Assembly: GCA_050273025.1 (NCBI GenBank)
Contig: CP158635.1
Location: 9,176,001-9,240,000, forward strand
Length of the DNA stretch: 64,000 nucleotides
Direction: 5' to 3'
Source of the DNA: Cenococcum geophilum
Taxonomy: Eukaryota
Shown here: positions 37,831 through 49,468 of the stretch, piece by piece
Position numbering within the stretch: position 1 is the first letter of the stretch
Layout of the letters: the number at the start of each line of letters is the position of its first letter
Program-made: the position numbers and the translations under genes
The notes under the pieces: model-generated
Databases searched by the model: none
What the model saw: only the letters and a program-made list of their open reading frames with translations
Told to the model about the DNA's origin: nothing

Positions 37831-40049
37831 GTTCGACATACCTGCTTATCCAGGCCTCTACCTCAGTCCTTAAGTAGCTTTCCCTTACTAAGCCTTAGGG
37901 CTTAGGGCTTTCCACAAGCAGTTAGCTGTTACCACCAATAATACGGGGATTTTCACCAGTTCTCTTGGGTATCTTATAATAGGATTAACCTAAGTACTAG
38001 TCTGCCCCCTAGCAGTCTATATAAGAGTCTCCTCCTAGAGTTGGTACGCTTTTGCACGGCTTAGGAGCCTTCTATAGCCTCTAGTTTTACGCCTTTTATC
38101 ATCGTTTCCGCCGGCACGGGCATAAGCTGCCATTTATAGGGGTCGCAACTCCCGTCTTACGCGCCTACTGACGTAATCCTATAAGGGCGTCGTAACTGCA
38201 TCCTGCAATGTGGAAGCCTTAGGTACCTTCTACGGTTAAGGCCAGCCAAGCCTCTCCCGCCTAAGTAACTCCTGTTTGCTCCTTAAGCGTACCTTACTAG
38301 CGTACTGCCCTAGTGAGCAGCCGTACTGCCCTGGCGAGCAGCCGTACTGCCCTAGCGAGCAGTCCTATCTATTAGTACACCGATACGCGTATCCGTTCTC
38401 TTGAGCCATGTAGTAGTCTCTTTAGCCAGGATGTAATCCTGCCTGCCTACTAGGTGCACTAGGGGTTAGAGCCCAGCTAAGGGGTAAGGTCCCTAGAGCT
38501 AGCAGTAGCTACTACGTACTACGCCCTGTAGGAGGCTAGTAGTAGTATAGGGGCGCAACACCCTATACTACTGCTAGTTCCCGTTTCGCGTTGCCTGTAA
38601 GAGTCTCCTTATAACAGGCCGACCGTGTCTTGTAGGAGGGGTTGTAGATGCTCGGTCCCGCGCCAGGCGACCTACTCTGCCCTCTCCTACTAACTAAGCT
38701 TGTGTCCCCCCTCCTTATAAGCTGGCCTGTGTCTCTAACTTATCGAGTCCTTGTACGACTGGCCTGTGTTTCCTTAGAGCCTTCCCCATATGTATGCGCA
38801 GGTTGCGTGCACCACGCCTATTAAGACCCTCCTGTGAGTCACCTGGTCGTCGAGCGCCATGGGGCCGTCGAAGCTGGCCTATGTTTCCGCTGCCTAGAGC
38901 TTTGCCCGTGTTTCCACCTCGTTAAGCCGTCTGGTCGCCGTCGCGTCGCTATCGCGTCGCTGTCGCGTCTGTCGTCCAGGTCGCGCGCACTACGCCTATT
39001 AAGACCCTCTTCTAAGTCACCTGGGTGTTGTATACCAGATAGGCCCTCGTAGAGGGGCCTTAACGAGTTTTTTAGGCAGGGCCCTAACAAGTTCTTCGCG
39101 GTGGCCTTAGGGCCTTAATAAGTTTTGTACAATTCTGCGACGCGTTAACCTTAACAAGTTCTTATAAAAAGAGGTTCCCTACGCCCTTGCCGTGTCCCTA
39201 TGGTTTCAGAGCTAGTGTAAGCCCAAGGGTGTCCTGTTATACGACTAGGACGCGTCTATATCGACTGGCTAGGTAATAAGGCCAGTTTCGGGCCTGGCTA
39301 CGAGCCAGGTAGTCGTATATTGGGTGGTTTTCGTATCCCAGTTTCCCTTAATGGCCCCCCTAGATAGTAGAGCAGGAGCCTCAGGCCGGGGCAGTAGGAC
39401 TCCTGGTGTTGTTGAGGGCGATGCTTTACTTAACCTAAATTATAATAAAAATATATTTATATCCCAGTTTCTAAATTTATTATTTTTATTTTTAGAATAT
39501 ATTCTATAAATAAAATCTAGATCTTGGTTAATGGATTTAGAATATAGTTTTTTAAATAACTTAACTTTATATATATATCTGCCAGCTAAGCCGTTTTTAC
39601 TAATTTCTTTATAAAGCTCTTTTACTCCCTTACTTACTTATAAGGCTCCCTTACTCTATTATAAAGCCTCCTTATTTCTATATAGTTGTTTAGGAAAAAT
39701 ATATATCTTTATCTTTATAAGAAGCCCCCTAAACTTTCTTAGACTACGACGCCTATACCCTAGACATAGAAGATACTACCTTATATAATTAACTAACTGG
39801 GTATTTAACTAAGGGGACGAAAATCGGTATACCGATTATTAATTACCTCTAGCGTATTAAAGTGTTCCTTAGGAAAGCCTAGCTAAGTTTAACTTTAACT
39901 AATCTTAAGTCGATATAGACGAAGAAGATTTTGTTAAATTAGAGCGGCTGTATAATTTAGCTAAGGTACCTATTAATTAAGGTATTTAGTAAGCTAAAAT
40001 TTAAGTAACGTAGTTAAGGTGTACTATAAAATTAACTTAATAGTAGCTA

Positions 40050-41700
40050 GAATATTCTTATATTACTCTAGGTAGTAAGATAAAATTAATATATCTAAGA
40101 GTGGGAATTATAAAGAAATCCTTTTTCTTTAATTACCCACTAATATGGGTAATGTACTGTTTCTATAGCTTAGGACAGGTTTTAGATAGCCGCACTATAG
40201 CAATTAATTGTCCTATATCCTTAAGGCAAGGCTAGTAGCGATGGTTGTAATAATGTGTATATAAAAAAAACCTAAGCTTTTAGGCGTTCCTAAAGTTAAT
40301 CTAGCGTAACTTTTATAGGGCTCTTTTATATGCCCGTTTAGTTAGTAAGTAAGGATTATAAAAGGCGCCTATAAGTCTGTATAAGGCGCAAGCCTTAAAT
40401 AAATATATATTTGGTATTGTATATTTTTATTAAAGGCTATATACTAAATCCATTTTAATAATAGAAGCAAGTATGGCTAAAATAATTATATTATTATATC
40501 TTAATATGCGACTAATATATTAGATGCAAGACAGCTATTAGGAGTAGTATATATAGATTTAGCAAGATATTAATAACTAATGATACTAAAAGTCTTTATT
40601 GAGTGGCGTTAAGCCTAGTGTATACTAATCTCCTTATATTGCAATTGTTTCTATCCTATTTCGCATATAGTAAAAATCTTAGCATATACTATCTTTTAAA
40701 AAAGAGTAAGAAAACCGCAAAGGGCCTATAAGAGCAGTTTGGCTATTATCCGACCTTTTATAGTAGGAGGGATAAGAGGGTAATAAACCGGTTAGGGTGA
40801 TAGAAGGTATTCACGTTATAATTTGCTAGGGTCTTCTCTAGCTAATGTAGGTAATTTAAAACTTTAGCTAGTTAGTAATAAATCGGATATACTATAAGGA
40901 GAAGTTCACTATTATAAAAGGGATATTATAGTCCTTATAAGTAGCTACTAGTAATATATACGCTAGGATAGGGAGTACTATAATGGCGTTTATAAGGACT
41001 ATTATGGTAAGCCTTTAAATAGGGTTATCACGCTCTATAGTAAATAAATTAAGTAATTCTTAGCAATAGGAGCCTTAATAGTTTATAAAATCAGGCTGCT
41101 TTCTAATACGGCTTTTAAGGAGAATTAAATATACGCAGGTAATAAAGATCTCTTTAAGGCTAATAAGGCCAACCTCTAATATAAACTAAAAGTGGGAACT
41201 CTCTAAGAGGGATATATGGCCTACTTTAGCAACTAAACTGTAGGTATAGGTTAGTGGGAAAGGTTAAGAGAGTATATAGGGAGAACCTATAGTTTAAAGA
41301 GTGCTATTCTTAATAAGAATACTACTACCCTAACCCCCGTAAAAATTGGCTTGCTACTATTAACTTTAAAAAAATTATTATTTAGCGACGTATACTATAT
41401 TTATTAGCTTTACCCCTCTATAAATTTACTTTATAAATTACTTTAATAATTAGAGGAATAGTTATAAACCCGCATAAAATAATAAGCGGTAATCTTGCGT
41501 TAGCTATAATAGGATATTAGTTCTGTTTCTGGCCTAAAAATTAACTATAGTTTAATATATAGTGTATATAATCCCAAAATATATTAATAATAACTAAAAT
41601 AATAGCAGAAATAAATTGGGATAATGAGAGGAGGGCTGCTAGTACTAAAGTTTGTTATATTACTTTTTGTTTTTTATTATAAAAATAAAAATAGAAGTAA
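40050..41700 (-). pseudogene. RIP-degraded orphan gene
   Basis: Minus frame YARLTLGTPKSLGFFYIHIITTIATSLALRI*DN*LL*CGYL at ~40180-40310; family not named. Confidence 0.4.
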
Positions 41701-42969
41701 AAACTTAGGCAGATAAATATATAAGTAGTTAAGATATACTAAAGGAGAGTTGTTAATTTTATTATAATAGCGGTGAAGAAGAGTATCTATATAAATAAAT
41801 GAGGGCCGCGATATATATATATACGTACGCGGCTAGCATACTTTTAGGATACAGTTTTGCTTTATTTTACTCCTTTACTTAGCGCTTAAACTAGATATAG
41901 TCAGCTTTAAATAATATTTAGTTAGTCCTCTATAATAAACCTTAGTGGCCTAATTAAAGAGTATCGCATTTTAGGGCGTCTTATTTTTGGCCTAGATGCT
42001 TATACTCTAAAATTCTTATAGTTAGGAGCTCGAACTTTAGATTACTTTTAGGCCGGAGCCTATGCTTTAGGGTTACTTTCTATTTAGGCGCCTGTACTTT
42101 ATAGCGTTACTTTTTATCTAGGCGCCTATACTTTATAGCGTCTTATTTTTAATTCTAGTGCCTATACGCGCTGGGGAGAAAAGTATAAGGAAGAAAGCAA
42201 GGTGGGAGCGAATATAGAAAATTAAAGATTAGGTATAGAAAAGTCAAGCTAACCTAATATAGCTCGGACTAAGGCTTTGTAGGGCTTAGTTAAATACCAA
42301 GCTATAATAACTAGTTTTAATTTGTTCTATAATATATAAGGCTTTAATATAATAGGGCTTCTGAGAGCGGGTTTTCTAGGGTTAGTTATATATATAATTA
42401 TATGGCTGGTCCTAAAATAAGCTAAACCTAATATACTAAATATAGATAGTTAACCTCTTTTTATAGCGGTTAATTAACCTATTTTCTAAAATTAGGATCT
42501 TATTTCTTAAAACTAGATCTAGTTTTTAGGATCGCGCCCTTTTTATAGTAGTTAATTGGCTGTCTCCTACGGCTAGGTTTAGTTTTAGGATTACAATTTA
42601 AGCTAGGGTAAAAATAGCCCTGTGCTTACTCTTCTAAGACTATTAAGCCGCTTAGCTTAACCGCTATACCTTTTTAGCCGTATTTGGTGTGTTTGGCTTA
42701 GTAGATATTTCTAATAGTTAATTAGCCCATTCCCGAAAATAGACTTAGGATATAGTCTTTAGAATTAAAATGTAGTCTTTAGAATTAGACCCAGTTTTTA
42801 GAATAAGATTTAGTTTTTAGAGCCGTAACTTAGGCTAATATTAAGGGATATATCCTATATTTACTCTTAACATTCCTATCTTATTAATATAAAATTTAGT
42901 TAACCTATATGCTAGTTATCCTATAAAAACACTAGAGAGCTACTAAGCTATTAATTATTTATTACAGTT

Positions 42970-43260
42970 ATATATCTAAACTAAAGATTACTATTAAGGT
43001 TAAAGTGAGCCGTAAATAGGAATTTTTAAAAGTAAAAGGGGACCTTCTTAGAAAAGGCCAATAGATTAAAGTAACACTTTAACGTAGATTGCTATATCCT
43101 TATATGGCGCAATAGTCGATTTTATATTTATATATCTATAGATTAATTTTTATAGCCTCTAAACCTATAAGACCTAATAGGCCCTCTTTTCTTTATTACT
43201 ATATAGAATATACTAACTATTTTAAAGGAAAAATTCTATCCTGTTCTAGTTAAGAAGACT
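42970..43260 (+). pseudogene. Small MADS-box/SRF-like protein gene (RIP-degraded)
   Basis: NF*K*KGTFLEKANRLK*HFNVDCYILIWRNSRFYIYISID*FL*PL at 43021-43160 resembles the SRF-type pattern F.KRK.TL.KKA.EL...C..DV.+I+...G+.Y.Y.S. Confidence 0.6.
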
Positions 43261-43508
43261 TTAGTACATTTTAACTAGGTTAAACAGGATAGGTTAATAA
43301 AGGTTAATTCTAAGACATCTAGATTAGAAAGCAATAACCTTAAGGACTAAGTAAGTTATAGGGCGGCTGACTTATTACTGCTAAGCATATAAAGGTAGAG
43401 GACTTATTAAGCTTACTATAAGCGAGTCTCCAACTTTAATCCAATATGTAAGAATTTGTTTATTTATATATAGATAATAACGAGAGATTCTTAATATGGA
43501 AGCAACTA

Positions 43509-45521
43509 ACGTCTTAGCCACCTAGACGAGACAGCTACCTACCCGAGACAGTGCACGGACCTCCTACAAAAATCAAAATCAATTTAATACCAAAATCGAC
43601 CCCAAAATTAACCCCAAAGTCAACCTAAATCTACCCTATTATATAAATACACTATAATCCATTGGTAGTTCCTTCTAAACTTCTTTGTAAAGGTAATAAA
43701 CCCCCTATAATGCAGCCTTTCTTTCCTTTACCCTCTTCTCTTCCTGTTCCTTTTAAAGCTTTTTGTTGTTCTTCTTCTGTGCCTCTGCTACTAATAAAAC
43801 TTATACCTTCCTATAGGCAGCTCTTGTCTTACTAATACGCTCCTTCTTCTGTCTTTTAAGAAGCTCCTAATTTATTCGCTTAAGGATTATATTATTAGCT
43901 ACTGTACTTAATATAAACTGCCGAATATTATATATAACTTAAAAACGTAGGGGTGATGCACCTTATAAGAGCTGCCTAAATATTTTAGTAAGTCTCTCCT
44001 CTATAGAAGGAGACACGGGTATATTAAATTTATGGCTATTCTTGTCTGTAAAGCTTATATAGGAAGGAGTTATTAACTAAATCTTTTTTAAAATAACTAA
44101 AGGGTTAAACGGTAAAAGGCCAGTTGCCCGCCATGCACTTACTATATTAGTTAATAATATAGCTTCGTCTTGTATAGCTTAGTAATACTTAAGGAACGTA
44201 GGCTTAGTAATATTAATAGCTCTATAAAAGGCGAAGTTGTAAAGGCGTTTTTAATAGGCTTTTAATAAGGAGCTAAATATGCTAACATCTAGGGGTTAAA
44301 GTAGGTGTGTTAAATGAGGTAGTAGACAGAGAGGGATAATCTTATAAGCCTTGCAATACTTAATAAATTGCATTAATACGTGGCTCTTATATCCGTTAAG
44401 AATTAATAAGCAATAGGTTCCTTAAAGGCGTGGCTCTGTATACTGGTTAAAGTGTTTTAACTAATTAACTACAATGTCCGAATTTGTCTACCCTAAATCG
44501 CTTACTTAAATTACTGTCTCGCGATTAAGTCCAGGTAATATCTAAGATCGTTGCATTTGCTTTCCTTAAAAGATAAGGTAGGGAGGTAATCGATATTGAC
44601 CTCCTAATTGACCTCCTAATTGACCTCCTGATTAACTTCCTAATTAACCTCCTAATTGACTTCCTAATTGACCTCTTAATCGACTTCCTAATTGACCTCC
44701 TAAGTAACCTCTTAATCGACTTCCTAATTGACCTCCTAATTAACTTCCTAATTAACCTCCTAATTGACTTCCTAATTGGCCTCCTAATATGCACTTAATA
44801 ATAAACACCTAATTGCGATTGCCCGGCTCTATAATAAAGGCTTAAGCCTTTAATTAAGGAATAAGCTCCTTAACCTTATTGCCTAACCTTATTGCAATTC
44901 CTTTCTTATCCATATTGTATTAATTGCCTAGGGGAATTACGTACTTAGTAATAGTAGCTTTATAGAGATTAAACCACTCTTTAATAATCTCTGGATCCTT
45001 AGTATCCTTTTGCTTTTAATTAAGGCCTTAGGTAAATTAAGCTTTAAGCTCTAGGTATCGGGTAAAGAAGTTTTTATACTAGTGTTAGCTAAGCTCTAGA
45101 GGACGCTTCTTTGCAGTAAAGATACTTTTAGCTATAGATTTAAGGTATTAAATTTAAGGTAGCTAACCCCAGGCTCCCATTATATTGATCCATTTAACTA
45201 GGGAGTCCTCCTTAATAACTGAGAGCTTTTAAAGCTTTTGGTGATACTCCTTGCTTAATTAGCGGCCGTTACGATGATAGTAAATAGAAGAAGGTAATAG
45301 ATCGTATATTCGGGTAAGCAAACGGCTAGATTGATTAGGATTGGCTTCTAATAATTAAAGAACTATTTGCATTCAATCTTCTTGGCCAAGTAATAGTAAT
45401 TAGGGGGTAGTAGAGGACATAGTGGTGATATAGTAGAGGAGTATTTTGATGTTTTGATTTTCGTAGGAGGTCCGTGCACTGTCTTAAGTGGGAGGCTATC
45501 TCGTCTAGGTGGCTAAGACGT
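43509..45521 (-). mobile_element. Fot1/Pot2-like (pogo, Tc1-mariner superfamily) DNA transposon
   Basis: ~70-bp TIRs starting ACGTCTTAGCCACCTAGACGAG, TA TSD on both sides. Transposase on minus strand from ATG 45420 with YNMDKKG (~44900-44920), LILNGYKSH (~44380-44405), PHLTHLL*PLDV (~44285-44320). Confidence 0.95.
44596..44787. repeat. 12-bp minisatellite (TTGACCTCCTAA) x16 inside the transposase gene
   Basis: 192 bp = 16 units, directly visible. Confidence 0.95.
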
Positions 45522-45559
45522 TATATAGAAACAAAATACCAAGCTAAGGAAATCCTAAT

Positions 45560-46500
45560 TAACGTCTTAATTCTGAATAAATGCTAAAAGAAATAAATGT
45601 AATTGCGAAAGTCTTTCCTTATAAGAAATTTATCATTCCTTAGACTTCTTAAAACCTCTATCTCCAGTATAAACCGCCTTTTTTTTGCGTATCCTTCTCC
45701 TTAATAGCTTTTTTAATAAATCCTTTAACGCCCTCTTAACTATCTCTATTATAATATCTTTAGGCGGATTATATATTTTAGTATAATAATAGAGGAAATA
45801 AGGGTTCTTAGTATAGTATATTATAAGTCTCTCTTGCGGTATATCTATGACTAAAACCTAAGTAGGGTGCTAGTATATTACTACGATAGGGCCAAACATA
45901 GATATAATTGCTTTATAACTGGGGCATTAAAGACGTCTCTAGTTCTCTATTATATAATAAAAAGGCAACTATAAGACGAGATATTTTAGTTATCCACGCG
46001 AAATCGTAGTATTAGATATTGTTAATACTTTAGATAGGGGAGATATAACTTTAAGAAAGGTTATGAGATTAGCTAAGCTATTCTCTACTTACTTATTAGT
46101 ATTGCTAAATAAATATAGGGGTCTTATAAATATACCTAGAGTTATCGGCGAAATACGTTTAAAAATCGCGGCTATATCTGCTGGTTAAGGCAAGTCTATC
46201 TTAGCCTCGCTATAGTCCTTTATTAGCTTAGGTAAGCCTATTTTATCTTTACTATAGCCTTCTAATCCCCTAAAATAATTAAGGTATATTTTTTATATAC
46301 CTCCCTAAACCGTATCCTCTTATATACCGCCCTTTATATTATTATCGTTTTTGTAAGATTTGACTTTATTAGGTATTTAAATAGGCGTATAAGGTATCTG
46401 TTTTTACATAGGGTTAGAAAGCTGTAATTATTTCTTCTCCCTACTAGCAGATGCTGTGTCTTTGTTGTTAATGCAATTTTAAGATTTAAGGTTTCTAGTA
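45560..46500 (-). pseudogene. Possible RIP-degraded orphan gene
   Basis: Minus frames PADIAAIFKRISPITLGIFIRPLYLF and YDFAWITKISRLIVAFLLY...YVWPY, separated by a probable intron (donor GTAAGT at ~46090). Confidence 0.35.
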
Positions 46501-49079
46501 GGTTAATAATTAGGTATATTATCTCCGGGACAGTAATAAATAGTGATTTTTTCCTAATTAAGGACCTATAGGTTATATTAGCAACGTACCTAAGCTTAGT
46601 TAAGGTAATATATATAATATCTAGTATTCTTATAAGGGCGGTAAGGGATATATAGTTAAGAGGTCAAATTTAAAGGTAAGTTGAATTAATGGTATATAAA
46701 AACTAGGAGTATAACGTTTATATTCTATTTCTCTTCTAGGGCGAAGTTAGGATAGAAGGTAGAAGGGAAAGACGGAGTATACTAGCCGCCTTCTCCCACT
46801 TTATGTAGTGTCTATAGTATAATATTTAGTAGCTATAATTACTCTTAGCTTACGTATTGTCTGCGCCCGAAACTATAGGCGCCTAGAGTGATCTATAAGT
46901 AAGGCATTATTAGGAAGTAGCTATTAGCTAAGCTATTACTAAATACAAATAACTAACAATCCCTAATAGACGCCGCATGCCTTAATAGGGTTTAGTGGAA
47001 TTTATATAAAGTTATAAACTAGAACTAGAAGGTAATAATAATCCCCTAATAACGCCTCCCTTGGTAAGATTAGTATTATATAATTTACTTTTAACGCCCG
47101 TCCTTTACGGAGCAAGACACTACTTAAGTAGTAAACTTACCCCAGCTAGTTAATCTTGTATATTAACTCCCTATCTATAGTAAAGGAGCTATTAGTGCGC
47201 TGCTAGGAGGCTTAATTAGCATCCTAGCTAAGCCCTTTATAATGCCCCGCCTTATATAGGCGGTATAATAACTTTTACTAGTCTACCTTGCGCTAAGGGA
47301 GGACTTATATTTAAGGCGCTAAGTAGCTAATATAGAGGTCTATAGGCTAGCTCTATATCCTAATAACATTAACCACGATTTCTTTTTAAGTGGTATTCCG
47401 TAACCCTAAGTACTTATAAATATAGCGTCCCTAAATTATTAGCTAGTAAGTAGGCGTTTATAAATAGAGAAATTAGCTTTAAAGATGGTAACGGTAATAT
47501 AGAGGCGTTAACTAGTTAGGAGAGTAACTCTAGTAATAAGGATTAAGAATAGGACGTAGAGACATTATATAGCGGAGAAAATTGTTTTAGTACTAAAGGT
47601 TAAGAAATATGGGTAGATAGTAATAAAGAGATATTAAGTAATAAGGCTATATAGGCAATAATTAAATATAGTAGCCTTAGCTTTATAGTCTTAAATCTAT
47701 AAGTATAGAATATAAATATAAAGAAGAGTTCTAATAAAAGCTAGTAAAAGGGTTAAAACTTTAGCCTATCGCGAAATAAAACAATATTTTACTATTCTTA
47801 CTAGAGTCTCTACCCGCTTAACTTATAGCGAGCTATAAAGTATTTGCGACAATCTATACCTTCCCTTAGATAAGTTTATTTACTACCTTAAAAGTAATAA
47901 TAAAATGTAAATCTATGCTAGCGACCTAGGATTTTTTATATTTCTTATAGACCTAGAATACATACCGCCTTACTAACTATTGGTCGTGTTTAAGACTACG
48001 GCCCTTATGGATTTATACCTTAAGGATATAAATATGTTATTTTATAGTGTTTTCTTTTTATTTAAGTCGTTTCTCTACTTATTATATATAGTGGTTATTC
48101 GTCTATTCTGGTATAGTAGGGAGGGGTAGTTAGGTTACGTAAGGGGGCTTAAACTTAGAGCTATGCTTATAGGGCTGTTTATATAGGGACTTCTTTAGGT
48201 ATATATAAGGGGGCTTTAAGTCGTTATAAAGTTTATAAGAGTTATTATATGGGAATTTCTTTTATGTTTCTAGATCTGGTCTTATATATTTCTTTTATTT
48301 CTAATTTTAGGATTTTTATAATATTTGCTTCTTATTAATTTAGATTTATATATAACATATAAGGCTTAAAGCAAGGCTAAAGAGGACGCTAGCGTAGAGC
48401 TTAAAATTTGCATCTATCCTTAACTTAGCTATTTATTGCGGGTTCCGGATTATTAGTAAAACCATTTAGATATTTATATTAATCCGCTCCGCCTAAATCG
48501 CCTAAGGGCTAGGCAAAAAAGTTGTAGCTACGTGAAAACAGCTCCCTATAACTTCGCACCCTTATAACTCTATAACTACGCACTTAATATATATAAATAA
48601 TAGCTTATTTTAAAGAATAAAGCCTATAAAATTTTTTCTATTACTATATACTAGCTAATTTAGGTATTAATTATATTGTGAAGTAATATAAATAAAGAAC
48701 CCTTACAGTAACGGTTTAGTAAGGAATTGTATAGTCTTATATACGACTAGCTTTCCCCCCCCCCTTTAGCAAAAAATATATTCGCTACGTAGGCCCCCTT
48801 TTTTTCTATTATTCTACGAACTAACTTCTATTTTAAGGACAATGCTATCCTTTACTAGTAAAGAAGACGCTAGTAAAGCGACTAGACTTAAATACGTAAT
48901 AGGGGAACGTGGTTCTACTTGCTTTAGACGCTAAGCTTAATTAGATCTACTAATTTATTACTAATTAAGTATATAAATGCGGTAAATACTCGCTATAAGG
49001 GGCGGGGCTGTTTAGCTTAAATTTAATATATAAATTTACTTTAATAAGTAAATAATATAAGACTAAAGAGCGCACTATT

Positions 49080-49468
49080 TAAGCTAATAAATTTCCTCCT
49101 TAATTCTGCAGACTTCTTTATTCTTAAGCTAAGCGTGCCCTTTTCCTCTTAAATGCTATAACCTTATTTCTTACCTTTGCAACCCATTTATCTCCGTAAT
49201 CTAAAGTTTTATTACTACCTCTTTTAAGAGTATGGATTTTGTTTTAAAGCCGCTTAATAATATCTCTTATCTCTTTCCAGTTACTTCTTAGGTTGTTAAT
49301 CCGATTATTAACCTTCCCTATATAACTTATAATGTAGCAGTTACATTTTTTAAAGCTGCTAACTCTTTTATTAAGTTGGCTAGACCTATAGCTAAGTTAA
49401 TTAACTAAGCTACTTAGTCTCTCTATTGCCCCTAATAGAGTAAGCTAGGGGTTAGTAAGCTTTATTAA
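49080..49468 (-). pseudogene. 3' part of a coiled-coil protein gene, cut by Gypsy #3
   Basis: Minus frame NNRINNLRSNWKEIRDIIKRL...KWVAKVRNKVIAFKRKRARL runs up to the LTR junction. Confidence 0.4.

Larger units (their letters stand above)
28005..39425 (-). mobile_element. Full-length Tad1-like LINE (about 5.2 kb net), interrupted by Gypsy #2
   Basis: TSD TTACTTAACCTAAATTA (27988-28004, 39426-39442; the last bases overlap the tail); (TAAT)n tail. APE ILGDFNTHH at ~37450-37475; RT GIL*GSPLLLILFLF at ~35915-35960 and GFIDNTN; C-terminal C-x-[C]-x8-H-x4-C knuckle at ~28490-28540. Confidence 0.92.

Noticed and set aside
39270..39425. Possible hammerhead/HDV ribozyme at the LINE 5' end (hairpins plus CGAAAC)
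   Set aside because: No CUGANGA core or HDV double pseudoknot could be assembled by eye; left to an Infernal search.
44525..44794. Arg/Ile-rich 89-aa ORF
   Set aside because: Alternative frame of the 12-bp minisatellite inside the transposase gene.
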